Origin: a virus
DNA length: 64,000 nt
Direction: 5' to 3' (one strand)
IMG/VR virus record: IMGVR_UViG_3300024255_001088
Within the stretch, counting starts at the first letter, position 1. Every line of letters begins with the position of its first letter. Positions 1-10,549 of the stretch are shown piece after piece. The position numbers were made by a program, and so were the translations under genes. The notes beneath the pieces were generated by a model that was given only the letters and a program-made list of their open reading frames with translations, was not told where the DNA came from and did not search any database.

Positions 1-5
1 CATTA

Positions 6-722
6 TTGTCAAGTGTTAGAAGAACAGGAACTAATTCACCTGAAGATAATAATTTAGATTCAACATTTACATTACGCTCAAAGAATGAATTCATTACATT
101 AAATGACAATAACTATTTCGAAAGACCTAGTATTATCGCATCGAGTATTAATGAAGCAGAAGAACAGACTGGTGGCACAAATAATAAATCATTTGAATGT
201 AGATTACAGTTTACTAGTGCTAACCAGAACTTATCTCCAGTAATTGATATTGGTACGATTGGTTGTTTGGGTATCATGAATAGAATCAATGATATTGATT
301 CTGCTAATGACCTACCTGGTGGTTCAACTGGTTCTATGATTCATGTGCCTTCAACTGATCCAGATGGCGATAATAACGCCATGGTCTATATCACTAGAAA
401 AGTGAATCTTAAGAATCCTGCAACTACATTGAAAGTTATTGCAGACAACTATAGACCACCTGAATCTGATTTAAAATTCATGTTTAAGATATTAAAGAAT
501 GACGAGACAACACCTATCGATGACTTAGGGTTTGAATACTTCAATACGAATGGGGATCCAGATGTGGTGACCGAAAAAGATGCAAGAAACTTTAAAGAGT
601 ACGAATATACTGCTGAAGGTTTACCAGAGTTCACAGGTTTTGTAGTTAAGATTGTTGGTCAATCAAGTAATACTTCGATTGTACCACTAGTGACTGCATT
701 GAGGTGTATTGCTCTTGCGTAA
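6..722 (+). CDS. C-terminal part of a large baseplate/virion structural protein (gene begins before the window)
   Basis: Open frame from the window edge. C-terminal 'YITRKVNLKNPAT...FKEYEY...F.VKIV...LRCIALA' resembles the end of large marine T4-like structural proteins. Confidence 0.6.
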   Translation: MSSVRRTGTNSPEDNNLDSTFTLRSKNEFITLNDNNYFERPSIIASSINEAEEQTGGTNNKSFECRLQFTSANQNLSPVIDIGTIGCLGIMNRINDIDSANDLPGGSTGSMIHVPSTDPDGDNNAMVYITRKVNLKNPATTLKVIADNYRPPESDLKFMFKILKNDETTPIDDLGFEYFNTNGDPDVVTEKDARNFKEYEYTAEGLPEFTGFVVKIVGQSSNTSIVPLVTALRCIALA

Positions 723-930
723 GATAGTACATAAAGTGGAAGGATTTTCAGACCTAATTAGGGATGAATCCTCTCATGCCATTATCAATACTAACGAAGA
801 ACAGTATAGGTTGACAATGAAAAGAAGAGATTTTTTAAAAACTCAAAAGAATGAAATAAATACTCTTAAGAAAGAGGTAACAGAAATTAAAGACTTATTA
901 AAAGATATAGTAGAGAAATTACATGGCTAA
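709..930 (+). CDS. Small conserved coiled-coil protein (start may be TTG at 715)
   Basis: 'KVEG.SDLIRD..S.AIIN' followed by heptads. GAGGT at 701-705 fits a TTG start at 715. Confidence 0.6.
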   Translation: MLLRKIVHKVEGFSDLIRDESSHAIINTNEEQYRLTMKRRDFLKTQKNEINTLKKEVTEIKDLLKDIVEKLHG

Positions 931-3301
931 AACAGTAGACAACTTCGCAACAATTGAAGACTTTAGAACTACCTATAACGAACTCGCATATGATGTGGGT
1001 GAAGTTTCTGGTCTAAGGGAAGGATTAAAATCTGGAAACAACGGAACACTAGTTGATGCTGTCAATGTTTTAGAAGACAAACAGTTTTTCTTCCAAGAGT
1101 TCATATTCGTTGCATCAACAAACCAAACACTATTTACAGGTAACGATGAGTTTGTAAATAACTTAATTTTTGTAAAAGATAAGATTCAAGTATTTAAAAA
1201 CGAAAGACATTTGATAGAAGATGTAGATTTCATTATTTCTAATCCTACTGGTACAGGTTCGCATGAGGGTATCACACTAACAGGTACTTATGCATCTGGT
1301 CAAGCAAATGCAATGTCTACTAACGATAGACTTCATGTATACTCATACACTGGTGCATTTGTAGGAACAAATATTGCAAACTCAGTTGCATCATTCTTCC
1401 AGAAAACAGTTGAGAACACAATCTATAACACCAATGCAAACGGTGTTATTATAAATGGAGATAGTTCATCACCAACAACTCTACTAGAATCTGGATATAC
1501 AATACAACTTGCAGGCAAGACATTTGCAGAAGATGATATCTTACTCACAACAGGCAAGACACTAACTGCACCTACTATCACTGATTCTACAATGAGTATC
1601 AACAGTGGTTCTATAACAGGCGCAGTCAACGGAACATTCTCAGGATTCTTAGATATCGAAGGTAACATCGATGTAAATGGTACATCTAATTTAGATGTTG
1701 TAGACATTGATGGTACAGTAAATATGGCATCAACACTAACAGTTGATGGCAATACAGACTTAAATGCAAACCTTACAGTAGACGGAAACACAACATTAGG
1801 TAACGCCGCTTCTGATACAATCACATTTACAGGTTATGCAAACTCTCATTTAAGACCAGAAACAACTAATACATATTCATTGGGTTTAACATCAAAGAGA
1901 TGGTCAAATGTATATTCAAACTTATCAAATGTATCAGGAACTGCAACAGTAGGAACTCTAACAGATGGTACATTGAGTATCACTGGTGGCGACATTACAA
2001 GTGTCGATGATATAACAGGTGACACAAACTCAGTATTCAAATCAGGTAGTTCTGTAGTTAATAACATTAAAAACTTTGCTGGTACTCACACAATACTAGA
2101 TACAACATCTGACCACGACAGTAATGCAAACGCAGGTTCTTTGACTGGTACAGTTTCAAGTATTGCAAACCACACAACACAAAACTTAACAGAACATAGT
2201 TCTAATCTATATTATACAGATGCAAGAGCAGACGCTAGAATCGCATTAAAGAATATAGATTATCTTGCAAATGTAACCAATTCAGCGCTTGCAAATGATG
2301 ATGTTTTATTGTATAATGGTAGTGCATGGGTGAATACGCCAATGCAAGAGAGAGTTGAAGATATCGCTGGTGCAATGTTCGCTGGTAATACTGAAACAGG
2401 TCTATCAGTCACATACAACGATACTACAGGCAAAACAAATCTAGTAGTAGACAATTCAACTTTCACATTAACAGGTGGAGTCACAGGTACTGCTACTCAG
2501 ACTGCAAAGGGTAATTTGACAATTGCAACTACTCTTAGAGATTTGACAAAAGGAGATATTACTGATACTCAACTTGCTCTAAATGATTTATACGATGTTT
2601 CAGATGGAAACAATACTGATGACCAAATCTTAGTACAAGACACTAATGGTACATGGTCGAATGTCACACTCACCGAGAAAGTACAAGACATTTCTGGTGG
2701 AATGTTCACAGGCAATACTGAAACAGGTATTACTGCAACATATCAAGATTCAGATGGAACTGTTGACCTTGTAGTAGACAATTCAATTTTCACATTAACA
2801 GGCAAAGTCACTGGTACCCAGACTCAGACTGCAAAGGGTAATGTATCTATTTCCACCTCAGTCAATCTCGCATTATCAGACTTACCATCAATCGACTTAG
2901 AAGATTTAGCAAATGTCAATAGTGGTGCAAATACTGGTCAAGTATTAGTTTGGAGTGGTAGTGCTTGGAACCCTGCTGACCAAGCTGGTAGTACTAGTAA
3001 TTTAACTGAAGACGCTTCTGCTGTATTCTTTACAGACAACAGAGTTGCAGATGTCTTTAAGGTGAGTGATAATGTTGAACTAAATAAAGGTATAAAAATC
3101 ACCTACAATGATAATCCAGAAGGTGGTACTAATACAACTACAGATGGTGAGATAACATTCGAAGCTTCAGTTAGTAATGGTATCGCTCTAGATGGTAACG
3201 ACATAGAGTTAGATTATAGTGTGATAACAGACTCAGATTTATCTAGTGGTCTTCCGAGTGGTAGTGGAAAAGAGATTGGTCATCTTTTCTTTTTAATATA
3301 G
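923..3301 (+). CDS. Tail-fibre-like protein 1 (792 aa)
   Basis: T/G/D/S-rich beta repeats; duplicated 'E.V.DI.G.MF.GNTETG...TY.D' modules; C-terminal 'LPSGSGKEIGHLFFLI'. Confidence 0.7.
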   Translation: MAKTVDNFATIEDFRTTYNELAYDVGEVSGLREGLKSGNNGTLVDAVNVLEDKQFFFQEFIFVASTNQTLFTGNDEFVNNLIFVKDKIQVFKNERHLIEDVDFIISNPTGTGSHEGITLTGTYASGQANAMSTNDRLHVYSYTGAFVGTNIANSVASFFQKTVENTIYNTNANGVIINGDSSSPTTLLESGYTIQLAGKTFAEDDILLTTGKTLTAPTITDSTMSINSGSITGAVNGTFSGFLDIEGNIDVNGTSNLDVVDIDGTVNMASTLTVDGNTDLNANLTVDGNTTLGNAASDTITFTGYANSHLRPETTNTYSLGLTSKRWSNVYSNLSNVSGTATVGTLTDGTLSITGGDITSVDDITGDTNSVFKSGSSVVNNIKNFAGTHTILDTTSDHDSNANAGSLTGTVSSIANHTTQNLTEHSSNLYYTDARADARIALKNIDYLANVTNSALANDDVLLYNGSAWVNTPMQERVEDIAGAMFAGNTETGLSVTYNDTTGKTNLVVDNSTFTLTGGVTGTATQTAKGNLTIATTLRDLTKGDITDTQLALNDLYDVSDGNNTDDQILVQDTNGTWSNVTLTEKVQDISGGMFTGNTETGITATYQDSDGTVDLVVDNSIFTLTGKVTGTQTQTAKGNVSISTSVNLALSDLPSIDLEDLANVNSGANTGQVLVWSGSAWNPADQAGSTSNLTEDASAVFFTDNRVADVFKVSDNVELNKGIKITYNDNPEGGTNTTTDGEITFEASVSNGIALDGNDIELDYSVITDSDLSSGLPSGSGKEIGHLFFLI

Positions 3302-3311
3302 TGAACAAAAT

Positions 3312-4901
3312 ATGTCAGACGATATTTTTATAAAACATGATAAGAATGGTGGAACTTTTCAGCAACCCTTTTTAGCCAGAGTACCTGCAACCGGTCAACA
3401 ACCGAATATCGCACAAAGAATTTATCAGGTTACTACTCAAGGAACACAACCATTTACATATCAAAGTAGAACACCTACAAATGTTCAGACGCCTAGTAAT
3501 GCACAAAATCCAATAATTGCTCAAGGTATCGCACAAACAACTTATCAACATAGGTCGCCTGCTATATACACAAGTAGGGCGCCTTCAATATACAATATTC
3601 AAACACCTTCTACATATCAACATAGAAGTCCTTTGATATATCAACATAGGTCACCGTTTACTTATCAGTTAAATTATCAACATAGAGAACCTTCTACATA
3701 TCAACATAGAAGTCCTTTGATATATCGTACACCGACTCAGACTAGAACGCCTAGCATCTATACAAATAGACAACCTTTAACATATGAACATAGAAGTCCT
3801 TTTACATATGACCACAGAAGTCCTTTAACATATGACCACAGAAGTCCTTCTCGAACACCTTCTACATATCAAAATAGACAACCTTTAATATATGACCATA
3901 GGTCGCCTTATCAAAGTCCGTTTACTTATCAACATAGAAGTCCGTTGATATATGACCATAGGTCGCCTTCTACATACGATAATAGAGAACCTAGTATCTA
4001 TCAACATAGAAGTCCAGACACTTATCAGCATCAATCGCCGAGTACTTATCAGCATAGGTCACCGTCTCAGAGTCCGTTTACATACGACCATAGGTCACCA
4101 TTTACATATGACCATAGGTCACCGTCTCAGAGTCCGTTTACATACGACCATAGGTCACCATTTACATATGACCATAGGTCGCCTTATCAAAGTCCGTTTA
4201 CATACGACCATAGGTCACCATTTACATATGACCATAGGTCACCATTTACAACTCCAGTAATTGTTAATACACAAAGCTCAAGAAATGCACGAACACCGTT
4301 TATCTTTAGTGAATTACAACAGCAAAACATTGGTACTACGACTGCTCCATATGCTGAAGTTCATTGTGAGATGTCACTTATAGATTCTAGCGGTCGAGAA
4401 CCTTGGATTGTATTATATTGTGTTGAATCAAGTAATGATGTTAATGTATATGTTTATGCTTCAGCTGATGCATTTGGACTTCCTGATGCATATCTGAAAG
4501 AAACAAATACCGGCGGTACTCAAAATGGTCAGGATCAAAACATTGAAGAAAATAGTGATGTTCTTCTATACAAAATAGACGATGCTGGAACTAATTATTC
4601 TGTTGCTAGAAGTACCTCTACTCATGGTACCTTCAATGAGGGTACTCTGAGCGGAAACATTTCTGGAGGCACTGCAATAACTAGCACTTCTTGGACTTAT
4701 GGTACAACTAATGGTACTTTTACCAAGTGGAAATGTGATAATGCTAACTCTGGAGATGTTAAGGAGTACGAGACAACTAATACATTTACATTTACAAGTC
4801 CAGATGCTAATATGGGAACTCATACAATAACGCTAAAAGTGAATCTGTATTACGAAAACGAACAACCAGAAGAAGATGAAGAAGAAAATGACCAGGAGTA
4901 A
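3312..4901 (+). CDS. Zipper chain A1: xTYxHRSP repeat protein with a ~200-aa C-terminal domain
   Basis: Residues 20-329 are Pro-delimited repeats; residues 330-529 are non-repetitive with an acidic tail. Confidence 0.85.
   Translation: MSDDIFIKHDKNGGTFQQPFLARVPATGQQPNIAQRIYQVTTQGTQPFTYQSRTPTNVQTPSNAQNPIIAQGIAQTTYQHRSPAIYTSRAPSIYNIQTPSTYQHRSPLIYQHRSPFTYQLNYQHREPSTYQHRSPLIYRTPTQTRTPSIYTNRQPLTYEHRSPFTYDHRSPLTYDHRSPSRTPSTYQNRQPLIYDHRSPYQSPFTYQHRSPLIYDHRSPSTYDNREPSIYQHRSPDTYQHQSPSTYQHRSPSQSPFTYDHRSPFTYDHRSPSQSPFTYDHRSPFTYDHRSPYQSPFTYDHRSPFTYDHRSPFTTPVIVNTQSSRNARTPFIFSELQQQNIGTTTAPYAEVHCEMSLIDSSGREPWIVLYCVESSNDVNVYVYASADAFGLPDAYLKETNTGGTQNGQDQNIEENSDVLLYKIDDAGTNYSVARSTSTHGTFNEGTLSGNISGGTAITSTSWTYGTTNGTFTKWKCDNANSGDVKEYETTNTFTFTSPDANMGTHTITLKVNLYYENEQPEEDEEENDQE
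3369..4298 (+). repeat. Coding repeat array (HRSP type), 310 codons
   Basis: Units of even length (4-16 aa); near-perfect 60-bp tandem copies at ~4050-4250. Confidence 0.95.
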
Positions 4902-4907
4902 TGTGAT

Positions 4908-6002
4908 ATGCCAGTAGGACAACAACCATCCATATACCAACATCCTATTGCTACACAGGCGCAACAACCAGCGCAACAACCTAATATTAGAAACAAACAA
5001 CACCCTGTTATTAGAAACAAACAGGAAAGTAATCAAGAACCTAATATTAGAAACAAACAACACCCTGTTATTAGAAACAAACAGGAAAGTAATCAAAATC
5101 CTGTTATTAGAAACAAACAAGAACCTAATATTAGAAGCAAACAGGAAAGTAATCAAAATCCTGTTATTAGAAACAAACAACATCCGTTTATTAGAGACAG
5201 ACAAAATCCGGTTGAAAGAGCTCATCAAACTCCTTATACTGCAAATAAACAAAATCCTGTTATTAGAGACCAACAGGTGCCTAGTATAAGAAACGCCCAA
5301 CAGAATGCTCAAGAACCTAATATTAGAAGCGCTCAAAGTCCTTACATCGCAGATGCACAAGCGAATACGCAGAATCCTTTTATTAGAAATCAACAAGAAC
5401 CTAATATTAGAAGCAAACAGGAATCTGTTATAAGAAACAAACAGTCTGCTTATCAAGCGAGTAAACAAACTCCTTCTATAACAAGAACACCAGCGAGTCA
5501 ACAAGAACCTAATATTAGAAGCGCACAAACACCTTCTATTAGACAAGCGCTTAAAAATAAACAACAACCTAATATTAGAAGTCAACAAGAACCTAATATT
5601 AGAAATAAGAGAACACCTTCAGCACATAACGCACAATATCTTAATACTCACAATAGACAAGACCCTGTTATTAGAAGACAACCATTTACATATCCTTTCT
5701 CATATAGAAGTCCTTCTACTTACAGACATCCTACTATTGGTCAACAACCATATATTGCACAAGGTCAGGCTTCTTATAGTTTTCAACAAAACAGACAACA
5801 ACCATATGGATTCAGGTCTCCGTTTATATTTCAAGCAACAGAGAACTCTAATCGACCAATAACGCCAGTTGCAAAAGTGAAAGGAGTCTTTATAAAAGAT
5901 AGTGATGGTGTTGTAAAAGCTTCAACTAAAGTCTTTGTTAAGAAAGATAGTTCAACAGTTGAGAAAATTCATCAGGTACCTGCTTTGCCGTTTGACGAAT
6001 AG
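4908..6002 (+). CDS. Zipper chain B1: xIRxxQxP repeat protein
   Basis: Residues 8-317 are repeats mirroring A1; C-terminal 'VFIKDSDG...VFVKKD' hairpin motifs. Confidence 0.85.
   Translation: MPVGQQPSIYQHPIATQAQQPAQQPNIRNKQHPVIRNKQESNQEPNIRNKQHPVIRNKQESNQNPVIRNKQEPNIRSKQESNQNPVIRNKQHPFIRDRQNPVERAHQTPYTANKQNPVIRDQQVPSIRNAQQNAQEPNIRSAQSPYIADAQANTQNPFIRNQQEPNIRSKQESVIRNKQSAYQASKQTPSITRTPASQQEPNIRSAQTPSIRQALKNKQQPNIRSQQEPNIRNKRTPSAHNAQYLNTHNRQDPVIRRQPFTYPFSYRSPSTYRHPTIGQQPYIAQGQASYSFQQNRQQPYGFRSPFIFQATENSNRPITPVAKVKGVFIKDSDGVVKASTKVFVKKDSSTVEKIHQVPALPFDE
4929..5858 (+). repeat. Coding repeat array (EPNIR type), 310 codons
   Basis: Near-perfect 60-bp tandem copies at ~4975-5180. Confidence 0.95.
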
Positions 6003-6008
6003 GATGAC

Positions 6009-6014
6009 TAAATA
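6009..6014 (+). promoter_or_regulatory. T4-type late promoter core TAAATA
   Basis: TAAATA 5 nt before ATG 6020; same geometry at six other genes; gp55 is encoded in the window. Confidence 0.6.
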
Positions 6015-6019
6015 GTAAT

Positions 6020-6352
6020 ATGGCTATAATCGCAAATTTATTTATCGACCAGGGAACAGACTTTACAGTTGCTGTAGATGTTTCCGATGCAACAGGAAGC
6101 GTTTTAAATCTCTCTGGTTATTCATCAGCAGGACAAATAAGAAAGACATACGGTTCTTCAACCATATCTGCCACATTTGCTACCAGTAATGAGAACGCTA
6201 CAGGTAAAGTGACATTATCTTTGACTGATACTCAAACATCAGCATTAGAACCTGGAAGATATGTGTATGATATGAACATAACAAGTGCTGGTGGTATAAC
6301 AACAAGAGTTGTAGAAGGTCAAGCAATAGTCACACCAGGAGTAACCAGATAA
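6020..6352 (+). CDS. Small virion structural/adaptor protein
   Basis: 'IDQGTDF...GRYVYD...RVVEG...VTPGVT' pattern typical of marine T4-like fibre regions. Confidence 0.6.
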   Translation: MAIIANLFIDQGTDFTVAVDVSDATGSVLNLSGYSSAGQIRKTYGSSTISATFATSNENATGKVTLSLTDTQTSALEPGRYVYDMNITSAGGITTRVVEGQAIVTPGVTR

Positions 6353-6591
6353 TGGCAATAAAAGGCGTAGTATCAAGAGTCGCTACTATAGGTGGCGTAT
6401 TATCCAACACAACAAATCTAAGAGCAAAACAAGTGACTGTTGGTTCTCAATCCGGTACTGATATCAGTGCAAAATCTATCAACGAACTTTCAGATGTAAA
6501 TGCATCGGAAACAGATGATGGTCTTCTCTCATATGACCAGTCAACTGATAAGTGGACAACCACCACTACGATAGACGGCGGAACATTCTAA
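6352..6591 (+). CDS. Small fibre-associated protein ending IDGGTF
   Basis: 'ELSDV...DG.LL.YD...KW' repeat unit and C-terminal IDGGTF. Confidence 0.6.
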   Translation: MAIKGVVSRVATIGGVLSNTTNLRAKQVTVGSQSGTDISAKSINELSDVNASETDDGLLSYDQSTDKWTTTTTIDGGTF

Positions 6592-6733
6592 AACACTAAA
6601 TAATAGTACAAATCAAGGTTGTCGACCAGTGAGACAACGACCCTCATTGTGAGAGGACAGTTTTATATTATGTATTCACGACTCAGGAGTGCTGAGTCAC
6701 AACAATTAATTTAATTTTTATAGGAAAATAAAA

Positions 6734-8368
6734 ATGGCAACAGTAATTCAAATCAAAAGAAGTACAGGCGCATCTGCTCCGGCGATATCAGATTTATCGG
6801 AAGGTGAATTGGCGTATGTACAAGATAGAAGTAATTCTGGTGCATCTGCTAAACTATTCATCGAATCAGTAGATTCAGATAATTCTACAGCCCTAATCCA
6901 TGCGATTGGTGGTAAGTATTATACTGATATGCTTTCTGGTTCTTCAGCAACACCTGCTAACTTTAAAGTTGGTAATGGTTCTACTGCTGGTGCAACTTTA
7001 CAAATCATGGAAGATTCCGATAACGGAACAAACTTCGTTGGTCTTAAAGCTGCAGATACTCTTGGTTCTTCAGTAACCTTCACGCTGCCTACCGCAGACG
7101 GTTCTGCTAACCAAGTTATAGCAACAGATGGTTCAGGAAATCTTTCTTTCGCTTCAACAACTTCAACCCTTGCTGGTGGTAGTGATGTAAACATCACATC
7201 TGCTGCTGATGGTGCGATGTTATTATATGATACAGGAACATCAAAATGGATTGACAATGTAATGTCTGGTGACGCCACTATGGCCGACACAGGTGTTATG
7301 ACAATCGCAAACAACGCTATCAACGCTGCTAAATTAGCAGATGATGCAGTAGATACTGCAGCTATCTTAGATAGTAATGTGACATTAGATAAGATTAACT
7401 TCTTTGTAGACGAAGACAACATGGCTTCTAACTCAGCAGTTAAAGTTCCTTCTCAACAATCAGTAAAAGCATATGTAGACAGTAGTGTAACCGCTTCAGA
7501 CTTAGATATGGCTGGTGACAGTGGAACAGGTGCAGTAGACTTAGACTCTCAGTCACTAACAATCGCTGGTACAGCAAACGAGATTGAAACATCAATGTCA
7601 GGACAAACTTTAACAGTTGGTCTTCCAAACAATGTGACAGTCGCAAATAACTTAACAGTTTCAGGAAACTTAATATCAGACGATATTACAACTGCAACTT
7701 TAACAACATCTGGTAACTTAACAGTCACAGGAAACTTGGCAGTTAATGGTACTACAACAACAGTAAACTCAACAACAGTAAATATCGCTGACCCTGTATT
7801 CGAAATTGGTTCAGATAGTTCAGACGATAACCTAGACAGAGGTATTAAATTTAAGTACAACTCCGGTGGTGCTAAAATTGGTTTCTTTGGTATGGATGAT
7901 ACAGATGGTTCTTTTGTCGCTCTAACAAGTGCAACAGATAGTTCTTCAGTATTCTCTGGTACTGCAATGGCAGGTAAATTCGGTGACTTAACAGCTGCTG
8001 GTTTAGCAATGAGTGGAAGTATTTCTTCTTATGCAGGTTCAGCTCCTACAGATGGTCAAGTCTTAATTGGTGACACATCTTCAGGTTTAATGGACGCTGC
8101 TACTCTTACTGCTGGTGATGGTATTGATATCACTAATGGTGCAGGTGCAATTACGATTGCTGCTGAAGTATCAACTGCTTCTAACTTAGGTTCTGTAATT
8201 GTCGCTGCTGGCGAAGGTATGGATGTAGCGTACTCAGGTGGTACAGCAACCATTACTGGAGAAGATGCAACGACATCTAATAAAGGTATCGCTAGTTTTG
8301 CTAGTGCTAACTTTACAGTATCAAGTGGTGCAGTTACCATTACTGCTATTGACGGTGGAACATTTTAA
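6734..8368 (+). CDS. Tail-fibre-like protein (IQIKRS N-terminus, IDGGTF C-terminus)
   Basis: N-terminal 'IQIKRS...L.EGELA' motif, G/S/T/A-rich repeats, SD AGGA. Confidence 0.7.
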   Translation: MATVIQIKRSTGASAPAISDLSEGELAYVQDRSNSGASAKLFIESVDSDNSTALIHAIGGKYYTDMLSGSSATPANFKVGNGSTAGATLQIMEDSDNGTNFVGLKAADTLGSSVTFTLPTADGSANQVIATDGSGNLSFASTTSTLAGGSDVNITSAADGAMLLYDTGTSKWIDNVMSGDATMADTGVMTIANNAINAAKLADDAVDTAAILDSNVTLDKINFFVDEDNMASNSAVKVPSQQSVKAYVDSSVTASDLDMAGDSGTGAVDLDSQSLTIAGTANEIETSMSGQTLTVGLPNNVTVANNLTVSGNLISDDITTATLTTSGNLTVTGNLAVNGTTTTVNSTTVNIADPVFEIGSDSSDDNLDRGIKFKYNSGGAKIGFFGMDDTDGSFVALTSATDSSSVFSGTAMAGKFGDLTAAGLAMSGSISSYAGSAPTDGQVLIGDTSSGLMDAATLTAGDGIDITNGAGAITIAAEVSTASNLGSVIVAAGEGMDVAYSGGTATITGEDATTSNKGIASFASANFTVSSGAVTITAIDGGTF

Positions 8369-8405
8369 TTAATATTCTTTAACACACTTTCAATAGGAGA
8401 TAGAA

Positions 8406-9230
8406 ATGGCAACAGTTATACAGTTTAAAAGAAGTTCGACTCAGAACGCAGTTCCTAGTACTGGTGATTTATCACTAGGGGAACTGGCTGTCAATACTTA
8501 TCACGGTAGATTTTATACCGAGAAAAATGATGGTTCCGCTGCTGTTGTAGAGATTGGGTCTAACCCAAAAACTCTACAAATTAATGACGCTATAACATTT
8601 CCAACCAGTGATGGTTCAAATGGACAAGTTCTTCAGACCAATGGTTCAGGAATAGTTTCATTTGCAACTTTAGGTGGTTCAGGTGTTTCAATTTACAAAT
8701 ACACCGTTTCGGGTAACCAAACTGTATTTACAGGTAATGATGATGACAGTAATGCATTGTCTTACACTGTAGGTTCAGAACAAGTATTCCTTAATGGTGT
8801 TAAGTTAGTTGATGCTGGTGCAGATTATACTGCAACCAACACCACGACAATCACACTGGAAGAAAATGCAATTGCAGGTGATACAGTAGAAGTAGTAGCA
8901 GTTACCGCTGCTAATTTAGTACAAGGATACTATACAAATAGTGTCTTTAGTGCAACTACTGCTAATCAAGTATTATCAAGCAATGCAGTATCTAATAAAG
9001 GTATTAAATATGTTATTACTGCCACTCATGCGAGTGCAGGAACACATTCAGCCGAAGTATTATTAATCAATGATGGATCCAATGCATATTTCGTTCAATA
9101 TGGCGATATATTCAGTACTGCTTCATTATTTTCGTTGACAGCTGATGTTAATTCAGGAAACATGAGACTCTTATGTACACCTGCTAACACCAACACAACG
9201 GTTAATACTTTCCAAATAAGACAATCATAG
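8406..9230 (+). CDS. Fibre adaptor/structural protein
   Basis: 'IQFKRS...L.LGELA' N-terminus; C-terminal 'KY.I...H..EVL...DG...QYG' domain. Confidence 0.65.
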   Translation: MATVIQFKRSSTQNAVPSTGDLSLGELAVNTYHGRFYTEKNDGSAAVVEIGSNPKTLQINDAITFPTSDGSNGQVLQTNGSGIVSFATLGGSGVSIYKYTVSGNQTVFTGNDDDSNALSYTVGSEQVFLNGVKLVDAGADYTATNTTTITLEENAIAGDTVEVVAVTAANLVQGYYTNSVFSATTANQVLSSNAVSNKGIKYVITATHASAGTHSAEVLLINDGSNAYFVQYGDIFSTASLFSLTADVNSGNMRLLCTPANTNTTVNTFQIRQS

Positions 9231-9241
9231 GGGGATAGAAA

Positions 9242-9652
9242 ATGGCTATAACAAGAAGTTTTAAACTCGCTGAATTCATCCGTCACATGTCTTATAACTC
9301 TAGTACAGATAGAATAGAAACAGGTAAAGAGATTCAAGACGAGAATACAACAACAGGTGGTATCACTAAAACTGCTACTACTGAATTCTCACTTGATACC
9401 TTTGCTCATGCTACCTATAGAGCTGCGAGATATATCGTGGCGATGTCAGAGGGAAGTAATTTCCACTCAACAGAGATAATGTTAGTACATGACGGTTCTA
9501 CCGTGACATTAACACAATACGGAACGCTTAAAGATACTAACTTAGCGACATTTGATGCAGACATTAATGGAGACAATGTTAGACTACTATGTACACCGGC
9601 GGGTACAAACTCAACGGTTATTAAGTTTAACAGAACTACAGTCGAAGCTTAA
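9242..9652 (+). CDS. Fibre adaptor/structural protein
   Basis: Same 'A(R/K)Y...EI...HDG...QYG' domain as its neighbours. Confidence 0.65.
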   Translation: MAITRSFKLAEFIRHMSYNSSTDRIETGKEIQDENTTTGGITKTATTEFSLDTFAHATYRAARYIVAMSEGSNFHSTEIMLVHDGSTVTLTQYGTLKDTNLATFDADINGDNVRLLCTPAGTNSTVIKFNRTTVEA

Positions 9653-9670
9653 ATTCAGTAATATATTATG

Positions 9671-9701
9671 AAAAGGGGGACTTTAGAGTCCCCTTTTTTT
9701 T
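9671..9701 (+). terminator. Rho-independent terminator
   Basis: GGGGAC-TTTAGA-GTCCCC followed by T8. Confidence 0.85.
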
Positions 9702-9730
9702 GTCGGTAGATAAATTACATAAATAACACC

Positions 9731-10549
9731 ATGGCATCGAAAGTAAAATTTTTCGCAGATTTAGGTGTACAGTCAAAACTAAACACTCAAGTAGATGGCG
9801 ATTTAACAGTTGCAGGTGACTTAACGGTTACAGGGACAACTTTAACAGTCAATTCTACAACGACATCTGTTGGCGACTCAATGTTTGAGTTCGCAAATCA
9901 AAATACTAGTTCAGACCTAATCGATATTGGTTTCTACGGAAACTACAACGATGGTTTATCAGATGGTGGTGCATCTGAGTACACAGGTCTATTCAGAGAT
10001 GCATCGGATTCTACATGGACATTATTTGATGGTTTAGAGGTAGAACCAGGAACTACAGTTAATACTGGTGGTTCGGGTTACGCACTTGCTGATTTAAAAC
10101 TTGGAGATTTAACTTCTTCAACACTAACAGCAGGTGGATTATTATATCCAACTTCAGATGGTTCTAACAACCAAGTCTTAATGACTAATGGTTCTGGTAC
10201 TTTATCTTTCCAAGATGCTGGTTCAGGACTTACTTCTGGTACAGTGACTACAACATCGACTACTATCACAAATTTAGATACAATGGCGATTGCAAGTTAT
10301 AGAGGTGCAAAGTATACTATAACAGTCTCAGACGCTACTGGTGGTGATTATGAGATAACAGAGGTTCATGTAATACACGATGGTACTAACGCAAGTATAA
10401 CGCAGTTTGGTACAGTCCTACAAGGTACATCTAGTGAGTTAGGAAGTTTCTCAGTAGATATCAACTCAGGCAATCTCAGATTGAGAGTCACTTCTGCCAG
10501 TACAAACTCCACAGTTTATAATTTTAAGCGAATAGACCACGCTGTATAA
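9731..10549 (+). CDS. Fibre adaptor/structural protein
   Basis: 'GDLTV.G' repeats plus C-terminal 'AKY...EV...HDG...QFG' domain. Confidence 0.65.
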   Translation: MASKVKFFADLGVQSKLNTQVDGDLTVAGDLTVTGTTLTVNSTTTSVGDSMFEFANQNTSSDLIDIGFYGNYNDGLSDGGASEYTGLFRDASDSTWTLFDGLEVEPGTTVNTGGSGYALADLKLGDLTSSTLTAGGLLYPTSDGSNNQVLMTNGSGTLSFQDAGSGLTSGTVTTTSTTITNLDTMAIASYRGAKYTITVSDATGGDYEITEVHVIHDGTNASITQFGTVLQGTSSELGSFSVDINSGNLRLRVTSASTNSTVYNFKRIDHAV

